Shown: positions 26,001 through 38,830 of the stretch, one piece after another
Numbering within the stretch: position 1 is the first letter of the stretch
How the letters are laid out: each line of letters begins with the position of its first letter
From: Vicugna vicugna
Taxonomy: Eukaryota
Length of the DNA: 64,000 nucleotides
Assembly: GCA_013265495.1 (NCBI GenBank)
Contig: MU058636.1
Location: 5,739,741 to 5,803,740 of the forward strand
Reading direction: 5' to 3'
Notes under the pieces: generated by a model
The model's input: the letters and a program-made list of their open reading frames with translations, nothing else
The model's database searches: none
What the model was told of the DNA's origin: nothing
Made by a program: the position numbers and the translations under genes

Positions 26001-28899
26001 GTTGAAGAATTTCACAAAGTGCTACATAATATTAATTGTGTGCTTTTAAATTCTTATTAACTACAAAAGACCCTATGTATACTTGAAAAGTGGTAAATCG
26101 TGTATATGGGAAACATTATTTATTCAGTTTACACAGTGTTTAGTGAACATTCTTGGACCAGTTGCAATTACTAGAAGTAAATTCTCTCTTCCATCGCATT
26201 TGTCCCAGGGTTTGGGAACTAAAATTCATCCATCCATTCACTTGTCAGTCAACATCTGTTGCGCATCTACTATGTGTCAGACCCTACTCTGACAGTGAAC
26301 AGAAGAAGGTTACATTCTAATGTAAGCAGTAGGATCTTTAGTCTGCTGTTTTTTTAAAATGAGGACACTGAGGTTCAGAGAATCCTTTGCTGATTGCCCA
26401 AGGTCACACAGCTAGTCCTGGATCCCGTGATCCCCTATCACACCTGACTTGTCAAAACATTGTTTACCATGCAGCTCTAAAAATGTCCAAAAGATGTGTT
26501 TGCCTGTCAAATTAGCTGACCAGAAACAGTGCAGTCACATAACTGCACCAGCTGTTCCACTTCTGACTAAATTATGTGTTTTCCCATCCCCTTGGGGCCA
26601 CTGCACGTCCCTCCTTTCCTCTTGTCACATTCACCACACCATGTCATTTCTGTTACCTCCATTTAAAAAAACTTCTGAAAGCTACAACGATGAGTGAGGA
26701 CAACAATGATGATAAAGAAAGAGGATTCTGAGTTTAGAAATGTTGTTAAAGGAGAGACCACTTCATCTTGAGAATTTCAAGCTTCATATTCCATATTAAG
26801 TTTGCTTCTGTGCCTGCTGGAATAAAATGCTCATGTGGTTTTTAATCTCTTTTCCAGACTTTCCAGGTTGTTTCCTAAGGTGTTCAGAAATACCCACTAC
26901 TCTCTTTCAGAACTAGTATATTCAATTTACTTTGAATTCATTTTCATTTTCTTGTTCATGTAGACGTGTAAAAAGGCAGTTAAGCATATAGTTTAGGTGT
27001 ATTTGTGTGTGTACGTTAAGTGTATGTCCATTTATTTTCCCAAGCATTTCTTCACTTCTCAGACATCATCTTTTGAAGTGGGTCATTAGGTTATGTATGA
27101 AGGAAGAAGAACAACACTGTCAATTGAACTATTACTTCCCATGAATTGTAAAATTCATCCCTATTTCGGAGATGTAAAAACTTTGAAAAGAACCTGAAAC
27201 TTCTTTATTGATAAAAAATGTTTTTCATGTGATCTATTATAAAATTAGCCTTTTTAGTAGATACTGAAAAATTGTTGCATTGAACATTTTGGACTTAACT
27301 GTTTCAAATATCCATCAAAAATAGAACCTGAGAGGGAAAAAAAAAAGTGGTGTGCTAAAAGGAAATCCTGAGTCTTTGAATCCAGATTGAAATATTTATA
27401 CTGAAGTGATGATGTCTTAGACTTGTGACTCGTGTCACAGAAATATCTGGGGGTAGGCGTTGTGGGAGAGGATAGGTGAAACAGAGCTATGAGTTGATAA
27501 CTGTTCAAGCTGGATTGCAAGATACCTTGGGGCTTAGCAGACTATTCTGTTAAAATCTCAGAAAAAAAAGAATTTCTGCCTGTGAGGTCGTGACAGAACC
27601 CCCCAGGAATAGGAGTGGGTTCCCTACGTCAGGGAGGCTAGCTCTGTGCTCGTGATGGTAAGTTCTAGATGGAGACTAAAGAGAACATTTCCTGGTACTG
27701 TGGGTGAGGAGGTGAGTGGAAGGTATGCTCATGGCTAGTCCTTCATCTTCCTCCTGAACATCTTTTTGTGTTGGAGCTGCCTAGTCCCACCGTTACTACA
27801 GTGACAGTTGGCTCGTAATTGCTTCTAGCGTCAGGGGGTCCACAGGGTTGGCATAGAGGCTGATTAAAAGCAACAACAGCAATTAAAAGTTTTGCTGAAT
27901 GTTCCAGTCGCCAGGCAAACTGGCTTACCGTGCCTCATTCTATTTTATTCTCCTGACAGCCCTAACAGGTTAATGCTATTATGAACTCTATTTTTACCCA
28001 CAAGGACACAGATTCATAAAATTTAAGTGCCTTTCCCAAAGCTGGCAAGTGACAGGGCCTGGCTCTAAACCTTAGGCTGTGCTCCAAACCACACTGTAGG
28101 TACTGACTCTTTCCAGTGACACTGGATTAAAAGCAATGGAAATCACAGCATGCTGACAATCTTTTGCAGACCAGGACTAAAAACGCAGCCCGGAGGCAAT
28201 AATCAGCAGGTGCAGATGGGTGAAAAGGGGTGCCGACATAGGAAAGCAACCCTTGTAGAAACAAATCAGAAAGAATGCAGAAACCTCTACCATATACACA
28301 AACACAGTCCTCGCAGTGGGACAGGCAGAGGAGGCCAGTTCATCAATGGTTTCCATCCCCTCCTGAGTCTTTCAGTCATTCCGAGGTGTGCTCATGCTTT
28401 CTGAGCCTCTCCGGCCTGGGTTTGGCCGGTGTGGTGCGCATCCTCTCCTGGAACTCAGGCGGCCCCTCTAGGTTTCCACAGCTTGTTCCACTGCACTGGG
28501 ATCTTTCCTATGCTCACTAACTGACAAGATCTGAAGAGTATTTTCTCACATGACCCTGTCCTGCAGGGGCCTGACTGTCCAACCACACTTTGTTATAAAA
28601 TCTAATCATTATTCTTAATCTTGTAGAGGCTCAAAGATTTCTCCTGCCCTGTTGGGCTAACTACTACCCTCCTCTACATATTCACTGACAAATGCCTCAG
28701 TAGCATTGAAATAAAAAGATTTTTTGAAGTAGAAAGTCTTGAAGCCCTCGTCTGAATTGACCAATAATTTGGGCTGCAGGGTTCACGGGTAGTTCAAGGA
28801 TGGAATGTGTCCTCAGAAGCAATGGAAGTCATGCGGGTGGGGCCATGACTACAGGCCTGTACTATAGCTGGCATAGGTCTTGCCATATAGCATATCCCG

Positions 28900-30720
28900 T
28901 ACTCCTCTCCTGTGTCACCAAAGGCCACATTGCCTTCTTTGTCTACACAATGGAATTTTCTATCAACTGAAATTGTGGTCTTATTTCATAAGTACAAGTT
29001 CCTCCAACAAGTACTTGTACATTTACACTTATAAACCAAAGTGAATAATCTTACGTTCATCAGTGTTATTTAGGTCTAGGTAGATTCAGATCATTATTCT
29101 AACCTATGTTGAGACCTATGTGGACTTTGATGATGTCAATGCAATATTGTTCATTTTTGCTTTATATTCAGAAATTTGTTAAACCTACATTCATCTAAGA
29201 CATTGATAAAGGTATTTATTAGAATAAGACCAAGAACAGAGTTTTGCTATAAGCCAACACCAGACTGCTCCCTCCACCCCTGGTTGCTAAGAAGTACTTC
29301 TAAGTATGTTCATTCAACCAGTTATTAATCTTCCTAATTGCATTAGCTCAGCTCATATTTCTTTATTTTGTCCCCAGTAATATGAAAGAATTACACAATG
29401 CCCCGCTGAAGTTCATGTGGTAGCATTTTTGTCTATCGCATTTCCTTGAACTATTGTTTCCCACTAAGTTGGCCAGATTTAATTTAGCTAAAAGCAATTT
29501 GACAAAAAGCAATTTGGTCAAGGAGACAATTTTGCCAAAATAATGATCTAGGTAAGAGGAAATAATGCCAATCAGTGTTTTTCTAAGTTGTTCATTTTTG
29601 TGTACTCTGGACAGAGTTGTGACCCATTTTGTGTCTTATATTTTTTTGTCCATATTTTGTCTTTTTTTTTAATAGTTTGAGTTTTTAAATTTCTAATTCG
29701 TTTCCAGCTAGTTATTCCTATCAAGGCTTGCTTGTGATATAGAATAATTGAAACAATCTATTCAGCAATTAATTAGAAGAATGCAGAAGTTCAACAACTG
29801 ATTGATTATTTAAAAAAATATACTAGGTTTCACATACCAGATGGTAGGTAAAATATCATATGTAGTCATAGGAAAAACATATGGAAGGGTATCATATGCT
29901 AATGTGCAGTCATTGCTTGGCACAATTTGAATGAGATTATGTTAAAATTTCTTTTTTCTGACTTGTATTTATAATTTTCCCATAATGAGCATGTGTTGCT
30001 TAAAAAGTCTAAGATAATACATAAATCACAGTAATAGTCAATTGTTCAGTCACTATTAGTTTCAAATAATTAGGTCCTTTTGTTGGATCTTCTGCTTGTT
30101 CCTTGAGGAAGTCATTAATTGTTCAAACTTCACAATAAAGACAGAATAATTTTTTGAAGATGAACTCAATATACATAATGGTAAAACAAAAAGTTCTGAA
30201 AATTGTAAAATAATGTTTATTGAGACTTACAACTCTATAAAACTGTCCTGTATCTTATCGCTTATACTTAAACACATGATGGAAGATGTTTGTTTTCAAC
30301 TAATTTATTGTGTTAACCAAATTACTTTTGGCTAAATTGCATGTTCTCTGTCTACCAGGCTAATAATACATTAGGGAGAAAAATGTGATTATCAAGGTGA
30401 TTTCCTTTTGAGTGAATCTGTGCTGGGTTCTAGGGACCTACCAGCATGTCTTTTCATTATTCCACAAATCATTTCTTTTAATAATCCATTTTTGAATCTT
30501 GCCAGTTTGAAAAAATTTAGCAATATATGTAAGTTCCTTTTGAAGCTGCCTAAAGACACCAATGGGGAATAACCTCCTACTTGAAGATAAATGCTGACAA
30601 ACTTGGCTAGGATGGTGTCCAAACACTTTATTCCAAGTATTTTACACTGACCAATTCTCAAGGAAATTGCTCAACTTCTCCATCTTCTGGCATCTCTACA
30701 GAATAATGTCGAGAATGTGA
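28900..30720 (-). mobile_element. L3/CR1 LINE relic split by an insertion at ~29455-30345
   Basis: CR1 ORF2-like antisense text (ttcaaccagttattaatcttcctaattg...aatgccccgctgaagttc...tctatcgcatttccttga) stops at ~29450 and resumes at ~30351 (tctaccaggctaataa...ttttaataatccatttttgaatcttgccag). Confidence 0.65.
29471..30345. mobile_element. Degenerate inverted-repeat (fold-back) DNA transposon relic, possibly Mutator/MULE-derived
   Basis: Left end has ~15-bp tandem units at 29481-29541, with an inverted copy at 30313-30338. A second inverted pair lies at 29762-29815 / 30058-30127. Confidence 0.55.
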
Positions 30721-31909
30721 CATACATTTAATGTTCTCCCACCCTGTGGGTATCCCAGTGTTATTTTTCCCTTGACCACCTTACTGTTATTACTATGATT
30801 TTAAAAACCAATGTGGCTCCAAGGGGCATGGTTGCTGCTTGGCCTTGCTCTTACCTCCTAGTCTCCATTTATGGTTGTCTGAGAGGGAAGGTATATAGGA
30901 GTCACCAAGAGCCGCTGTAAGTTGCCAGCTGCCTCTTCCTGAGCCCTGTAAGTGCTGCTACTGGGCACATAGGTGATAGGCTACACTTTCTATTATTTTG
31001 CCTAATATTCTAAATTATATAAGATAAAAATTTTAAATTATTTTCCATCTTGTCTGTAAAAGGATCCAGTCAGGACTATTCACTTTTATGTGAAAAATCT
31101 TCCCAAGGTTTTTTTTTTTTTTTAATAAAATAATCTAATCATATCTCTCAGGATTTGTTCACATAGACTTGCATACCCAGTAATCTCGGTGAAAACTTGT
31201 AGAATGATTGAAGTAATGTGCTTCACATGGGATGTGAAATTGTAGAAGTTAGTTTCAGTTATTCCTTCAGCCTTCCATTCACTCAATAAAAAATGAAAAA
31301 TAAAAATAAAGGAAGCTATTAGCTCTAGAGACAAATGAAACATTCTTTAAACGTGAGTTATCTAATTGTGCTTTCACCAGGGTTTGGTTGTTAACAGTGA
31401 CAGAGAATTCTTATTCCTCATGCTTATAATTCCGTACCTTTGTCTACCTTTTGGAGACTACCCCCAAGCATTCCCACGCTGAGAAATTAGTCTGAGTGCA
31501 GCTAGGAGGAGGAGGCTCAAGACTGTCAAAGATAAAAAATACAAGAACTTCAGTGACTCTTTCAAGAGAGGAGATGTCATCTTTAGATAAAAAGAAGAGA
31601 GAATCTTGAAATTTTTTTTCTAGTCCCTTATTAGACAACTTTTTCTGAACTGACAAAGGCAATTTATTTCACTTTGTTCCTCCCTCCACTGTTTTTTTCC
31701 CCCCTGCTTTTACTTTTATTAGAACAAGAAAAGGAATTCCTGAGAGTGGCTGTGATGTGGTGTCTGGTTAATGAAGCTAACACATTGCCTAAATATTTAT
31801 TCTCACGTACAAGGTATTTGGTTTGCAGATGTGCAGAAATATTGTCAAGTTAAAAATAACTCTTCAAGGCAGTGGCACTCTGGAATGCTAATCCAAGCCC
31901 ACTGCTTAC

Positions 31910-32024
31910 CCTTCTGGGCCTCGCATCCTGGGTGTCCTCGCTGCACAAAGTAAACAGCCCTAGCTTCATCTCCTTAGGAGCCTTCATCTTTTTGCTCGAG
32001 CTGTTTTAAAAATGTGTGCCGAGA
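31910..32024 (-). other. Candidate 115-nt exon (5' UTR or N-terminal coding) of an unidentified gene
   Basis: Acceptor tctcttgctgctctgtttcttgctAG and donor AGG|GTAAGC. All three frames contain a stop upstream of internal ATGs. Confidence 0.4.
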
Positions 32025-34127
32025 CTAGCAAGAAACAGAGCAGCAAGAGATGGAGAAAAATCCTCAGATAGCCACTCTCTGTTCCTGAGAACCCTCACAT
32101 TCTTTATCGAGTTCCTGGTGGGGAAATTTTCTTCCCTCCAGACCAGAGGTAGTTTAGACATTCTAATCCTTAGAGTGAATGGGTACCTCGCCTAAACGCT
32201 GTGCAGCTAATCAGTAATGTGGTTCAAAGGGTAGGCTCTTGCAAACACCTGGGGCCAGGTAGGGCAGCTTAGTCCTGGAAGGGAAAAAGCCTGGGGAAGG
32301 GGAGATGGCTTCCAGGCCAGGTCCCACCGGTGCTGCCACTTCAGACATGAGATGGGGTTCCCTAGCTCCTCTGGGTTCACTTTCTTAGCCTGTAAACTTG
32401 AGGGAAACTGTATCACAGGAATGTGCACTGGAAGCCAATATATCAATATAAACCCCTATCCATGATGAGAAGACGATACTGAGCAAGAATCTAGTTGATT
32501 TGTATGGATGTACATCAGTGCTGTCTGTGAAAAGGGCACAAAAAGAGGTTTGGAAATCTCAAGTGATGTTTAAGATGTCCCCGGTTAACAGTCCCCAGGG
32601 AAGTGCCAAAGGCAAAATAGGAGAGTAGAAACATCTGGGCAAAGATTTAAGAGAAAAGAAGCAGCATGAATATAGTACAGGTCTTCTCCCTTACAGTCTG
32701 CAGAGCATAGAGAGAAGATGCAACATCTTTTTTTCCCCGACACCAGAGAGAGATTTTACAGTGATGCCCTCTTAGAAATAGATCATTGAGGCACCCCAAA
32801 GCATCCAGTATTCTACCAAACTTGAACGAAAACATTAAAAGCACCTATAAATTTCTACAGAAAAATTAGATTTGCTAACATTAGACAAGTAACTGCCTTA
32901 CATACACACTGCTGAACTTGTTCTACATAATCTTAAGTTTGACAAGCCTCTGGCTTTTTGTCTGCATTGTAATAACTTCCAGCTTCCCAACTTATTTGCC
33001 ACAACCACAGGGAACCGGTCGGCACACAGCAACACCTGATCCCAGCAGAGTTTCCACGTCTTGCAGAGCAGGACCAACATCATTGTAAAAGCAGGGTTTC
33101 ACTAATCCCCTCCCATGCTTAAGCAAGCACCGAGCGACACTTAGGATAAAGACCCATAGACCTGGACTGACATTTGGTTGCAGTTCCACTGGGGTTTTCT
33201 CTTTACAGGATTATTCCTGCACATAGACCCATTTTCAAAGGGCAAAGATAATTTGATCCCATTTTAAAGGACACCGATTACACTGACTGAGAGCAGAGAG
33301 AAAACCTAGCCTATCCTAGACACTTCCACACAAGTTTAAAAGTACACCATAGCTGTGTGACTATTTAATTATGGAAAAAATTTTTAAGCAGGTTTTTCTT
33401 TTTGTCTTTTAAAATCAGAGCAGTATGTGCGTGTTTGACAGTGAGCTGTTATTCTTAAAGGCAGCAGGAGAGGCAGTGTGTTAAAGTTTCACATTAAACA
33501 ACAAAGTTTTAAGGAACGTCCTCAAATTACATTCACAGTTTCAAAGTTCAAGTATTGTGGCTGAGCACTGCTTACCTTACAATCTCAGGTCCCAAGAAGC
33601 CTTTAAGTTTAAAGCAGTACATCAACTGTGCAGGATTGATTTTCTTGCATGAAAGTCTTATCTGTCATAGCGCTCAGCTCACCGGGAGCATCCAGCCTCC
33701 TCTCCCCGAGCACCAATGAGGGAACCAGAGAAGTGTATGTGGGAAGTGGCTTCCCTGAGAGCCTGTCACAGTCTGCACATGCTCTCTGTGGCAGAGGTGC
33801 CAGATCAACCTTGGCGTGAAGCTAACAAAGCACCTCATTGTGAGGTCCTGGACATCTCTGGGGAGAAGAAAAGGGTTATTAAAAAAAGGCTTTAGCCAAT
33901 CTGAAGTTTTCATGCTTTTGTTGGGATGAGCTTCTCATTTATTAAAAATATAGAGGAACTATCTTCTGTTAATCAGACTATTTTTTAAATGTTTCTGATG
34001 TAATACTGACCAACTTCCCATTTACCTCCTCTGCCCTATTCCTGCTACCCCTGTCCCCCAATGCCCACATTCTATCTCAAGGGCAGGAATGAATCGTCAC
34101 TTTAAAATGTGGATCAAGAAGTACTGT

Positions 34128-34490
34128 GGAGAGAAACTAAGATGGCAGTACAAAAGGCTGCCGAACCTCCTTTCTTCTGTGGGCACTGAATGTATAGCTA
34201 TACAAGGAGCAATTCTCTCTGAGAGAAATTCAGAAACTGCCCGAGTGACCACTACACATCAAGCAAATGAGGAAATACCCACAACATCAAAATGGGTAGG
34301 AAAGGCTGAGATGCGTATTCACCATAAACCCCACCCCTGGCACAGGACCAAACAATTGGGACAGAACGCCCAACTCCCAGTTTCTCTTTGCATAGCAAAG
34401 AGTTTGGGCCACACATCTAGCATCCCAACTGCTAAGGCTCCCACTGAGTGGTGGGGTCCCCAAACACCTCGCTTGGGCCTAGTGGGACCT
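34128..34490 (+). mobile_element. Isolated L1 5' UTR (promoter) fragment
   Basis: Starts gagaaactAAGATGGCag (YY1-type motif) and follows the recalled laurasiatherian L1 5' end (gagagaaattcagaaact...aatgggtaggaaaggctgag...ccataaaccccacccc). Confidence 0.7.
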
Positions 34491-34772
34491 AGTTAGCAAA
34501 CATTATTGCGCACTCGTAACTGTGAACTTCATTCCAATAAAGCATCCTGTCGGTTCTTAGAGAGTAGATCCTTTTCCAAGTTGGGAGACGACTAGAAGGA
34601 GGGAAATGAGAGGATGTATTTTTCAGGTTAAGTAAGAACCCATACCTGACCTAAAAATCTTGGGCTCAAATCTGGACTCTCTCAGCTACTAACTGTGTTG
34701 TCTTTCTCAAGTTACTTTATTTCTCTAAGCTTCTATTTCTTCATTGTTCAAGTAATGATAATGGTACCTGCT

Positions 34773-35320
34773 TATGGCAGTTTTTAAAAGGACCAAAAAT
34801 TCCTTGACATTCCTCCTAAAAAAAGATGGGATCTGTGCCCGCTCGTCTGGAATCTGAGAAGGCTTATGACTCCTTAAGCCAATCGAACATGACAGAATCG
34901 GTGCAGTGTGGTTCCTGAGGCTAGGTCATAAACGTCTCGCAGCGTCTGTCTGGTGCTCTTGGAATACTTGTTCTCTGGGTGGCTCTTACTGGGACACCAC
35001 CTCTGAGAACCCAGGTGCCATGCACTGAGAAGCTCTTATCACCTGCGGAGCTATGTATGGGTAGCTGCTCCAGTCAACAGTCCCAGCCAAACTCAGCTTT
35101 TAAGTCATTCTAGCTCAGGTGCCAGGCATGTGGGTGAAGACGCTTCTGGTTGATTTCAATTCCTAGCCATTTGAGTCACCCCTAGGCATTGTGAAAAACA
35201 GCTACCCTGCTTTGCCGGTTGGAATTCCCATCTCAATATTCATGTGCATAATAAAATGGTGGTTGTTCGATGCCACTAAGTTTGGAGTAGTTTGTTCTGA
35301 ACCAATAAATAACCAGAACA
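34773..35320 (+). mobile_element. MLT1-type solo LTR inserted into a MIR
   Basis: tatggcag...ccactaagtttggagtagtttgtt...aataaccagaaca. MIR runs ~34650-34772 and resumes at 35321 (gttgtgaggattaaatgg). Confidence 0.85.
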
Positions 35321-35499
35321 CTACATTGTAGAGCTGTTGTGAGGATTAAATGGTACAACATATAGAACTACACGGCATAGGATCACATTCAATAAATACT
35401 GGTTTAAAGTACACGAGGGACAGCTAGACAGATGTTTCGAATTGTAGTAATAGCAGTAGTAGTAGAGTAGTCGTGACAGTTACAGCAGAAGTAGCAGTG

Positions 35500-35690
35500 C
35501 CGATGTGCTGAGTGCTTTACATCCATTAACACACAATCCTCAACATAACCCCACAAGGGAAGCACTCAGTGTCACCATTTCACCAAGAACACTGAGGCCC
35601 ATAGAGAGGTTGAATCTCTTGTACAGTCCGCACGGCCAGTTGTCAACCCCAGGCAGTCTGAGTGCAGTCTCCTGCTCTTAGCCACGCTGC
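35500..35690 (-). mobile_element. MIR SINE
   Basis: gtgctgagtgctttac...aatcctcaac...ccatttc...actgaggccc. Confidence 0.7.
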
Positions 35691-37129
35691 CCCGTGAAGA
35701 AGAGGGAGCTGAGCTGGAGATGGGCAGCTGGGAGCCGTTGAGCTCAAAGCCTTGACAGTGAATTTTCTCAAGAATGGGTAGCGAGTGATAGGAAGAGAGG
35801 CAAGTGTAGATCCTGAGAAATCCATCTAGTAAAGGGAGGGGTTTAGAAGACAGAGCAGGAGTACTCAGGGAGGGGAAGAATGTGTGGAAGGAGTCTAACT
35901 AAGGGGGGAGCAGCATTGGACAGGAATATGGAAATATATCTGTCCTTGTCCAGTGAGGCCCAGTCTTGGGGGTCAGAGTGTGACACCCCACCCAGAAATC
36001 GGACTGTGGACTCTAACGGTGTAGAATTAAGTATAACTGTAACTAAGCCCATAGCTGAAACATGAAAACTTTGCTGACGTATCTATCCAATTAACAGCTC
36101 TCCTTCTCATTGAAGGCCAAGATTCTTTCTCCCAGGAGAGCTCGCAAGTTTATTTGCAGCAGGGAGAGGTCTAATTGTTTCTGAAAATTGTAACACTCTG
36201 TTAATGCCCAAGACATGCCAGACACAGAAGAGCCAATCTCTTGCCCCTTTGTCCCCCCGGAGTGATGACCTTGGGAAAGCTCCCTCTAGAGATACAGTGA
36301 GCTGCCTGACAAGTTAGCCACACGGAGCCCCCCTGCTACCTGCTCACACACAGACTCCACAACTAGTTGCATAAACTGGGTCGTGTGCTTGGACATAGGA
36401 GAGTGATGTTCTCTTTTTATGTATGTTATTAAGGATTATGCCCGTGACCTGAGCCCTTCATCTGTAAAAGAGAAAGCGCTGAGACAGTGACCAGGAGCTA
36501 TAAATGGAGGTGAAGTTCTGAAGGGACCTGTCGTCAGGGAGGGGAGGGAGCTTGCAACCCAGTACATGGCAGACGAAGTTTATCAGGTAAGGACTGTGGG
36601 TGAGATTTCTGGGTTTGGGATTACCAGGGGTTAGATGTAGACAGGATATGATTTTAAGACAGAGAATTTATTTTAAAATGAAAGTAAGCCAAACCTGCCT
36701 ATGACTGTTCTTTTTTTTTTTAAATATTAGCAGAGTATCTAGCAGAATGATCGTTCAGTTTAAACATGTACTTCGAGGTCAACAGCCTGGCAACTCAGCG
36801 GTCTCAGACCTTTTCCCTGGGACTGTTCTTTCTACCCAGGCAGTTCACAACCCGTAAGCTCCCAGGCTGTTCTACCTCCTGACAGCTCCTTAGCTATCAC
36901 GAGAAGGTCGATTTTTGTCCACAGGCTGCCAGGGCAAAGAAAACGTTTAGCTCCCTCCTCAGGATACAAGCTCAAATTAACTCTGTAATTTGTTGCTTGG
37001 TCTCTCTTGCATTCAGCAACCTGTCTGGAGGCTGTTCCCAAGCATTTTTAAGACCATAGTTTTGGAGGCGAGTCCAGTTGAGGGGTGTTGTAAGGTTAGG
37101 TAGACTTAAGTTTCCACCCTTGTGTGAGC

Positions 37130-37280
37130 AAGGTTTTTCACCTCTCTGGGCCTCTGTTTCCTCAACAGCAAGATGAGACAATAACATTACCCCACAGGGC
37201 CCTTGTAAGGATGTAATGGAATAATGTAAATCAAGGGCCCAGCACAGTGCCTGGCAAAGAGAGGGCACTCGATCAACTGT
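37130..37280 (+). mobile_element. MIR SINE fragment
   Basis: cctctctgggcctctgtttcctc...cccagcacagtgcctggca...cactcgat. Confidence 0.75.
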
Positions 37281-38654
37281 AGCAGTTCTGCGATTCCTAT
37301 CGTCTGCCGTGGTCCATTCTCCTCTTCTGTCTCTTCCTTCCTCAGCCTTCCTTTTCTCATCCCTTTTTTTTCTGACATGAAAGGACGTGTTTTTCACGGT
37401 TCCTTCTTGAAACAAATGAGCATGCATGGATAGGTAGGACAGTCCTGTGAGAGGGAACATCAAGGAGCGTCCACCGGCCCTTCTCGTGACACTCCTCCAG
37501 TGACCTCAGCTAAACTCAGTCCTGGGCAGAGGACATGGAGAGATTTTGTGAATGAGTGTGTGCCCTAGCTGTCGACCTGAAGGGAGCACCTCACTTATGT
37601 CCCATTTCTGTGATACACAGATCTTACCCTGTTGAAACTAACCTGCTTATTCCTGCCTGCCTTTGACTCAGAGTAGCTAAGTGAATCTGGATGCCTTCCT
37701 ATCCACGTTCACCTTCCTGGACTCACCCGGGGGAGCTGCGGTGGGTTCTCCCTGTGGCTCTTCCGTGCGTCTTCACGTGGCTGGCCACTGAGACACAGAA
37801 GCGAGAGGCAGCTGCCTGCATTTCCCTTTCATTGTCTAATAAATCAAGAGAAGGAATGCTGGCCGAGACCCAGCAGGATCCCACGTGGGGAAACACAGCT
37901 TCCAGATGTACAGAACAATGAAAACCCACTTTAGGTCTTTAACCGACTTGATCTATCCTAAGGTGACTTTGAAACTCGTGTTCTTTTTCTATCCTAGGGA
38001 GTGGTGATTAAGAACATGTGTTTGTAAATCCAAAAGCTATTTCCCACAGTTTTGAGATAAGAAAATTGGAAAACTGTGGGTACCATGGATTCTTGCGTTG
38101 GGCTGGTCACAGCACCACCCAGCAGTTTCTGAAGTCCAGTGTTAGGATATTTGATTCTAGTTTTCACTTTTAACGTTATAGCTGTGCCAGCTTAAAATGT
38201 TTATTTTTATACCAAGCATTATATGTTCCACATGCTATAGAGTTTGCTCTCTAAGTAAATTACATTCTATCTAAACTTACTAGTCACTGGTACAATCAGC
38301 CTCAAATAGATCAATGTATTGATTTTTCTGTTTAAAGTCTCTTACTTGTTTTTAATTTTCATGTAGGGCTAACTTCCTCAAAGACTTGTCTTTCTCTTAG
38401 TTCATTGTACTTGAGATTTAACAAATAGAAAAAAAGTGAATTTTTGACATCTTGGTCTGAAGTGTAAGTGACAGCAGGAAAGTGCCTGGGCTGCAATCCA
38501 GAATTATATTTATTTATTCGAAAAACAAATATAGCTTTTATACTTTGTACTTTTCCCTCAGTGGTGAATTAATCTCTCTCTTCTCATCTCTCTGTCTCTG
38601 TCTGTCTGTTTCTCACTCTTTCTCTCTCTCTATGTATATACATATGTGTATGTA

Positions 38655-38830
38655 TATATATTCCAGGTACCATTCCATGTGCTTTATGAATATTAAGTCA
38701 TTTAACTCTAATAATAACTCCATGAGGTGATACTGTTATTGCCCCCATTTTACAGTTAGGAAACTGAGGCACATGGAGATTAAGTAATTTACTTGCTGTC
38801 ACATAGCAGGTAAGTGGCAGAGAGAGCCTG
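38655..38830 (-). mobile_element. MIR SINE
   Basis: tcatttaactc...ccccattttacagttaggaaactgaggcacatggagattaagtaattt. Confidence 0.85.

Noticed and set aside
29481..29541. Short regularly spaced repeats as a possible CRISPR-like array
   Set aside because: The units are ~15 bp and adjacent, with no unique spacers, in a mammalian context. Transposon subterminal repeats explain them better.
34089..34496. 135-aa plus-strand ORF
   Set aside because: It coincides with the L1 5' UTR fragment and is probably a chance frame.
36972..37463. 163-aa minus-strand ORF
   Set aside because: It runs through a MIR and a low-complexity purine tract, with no recognisable domain.
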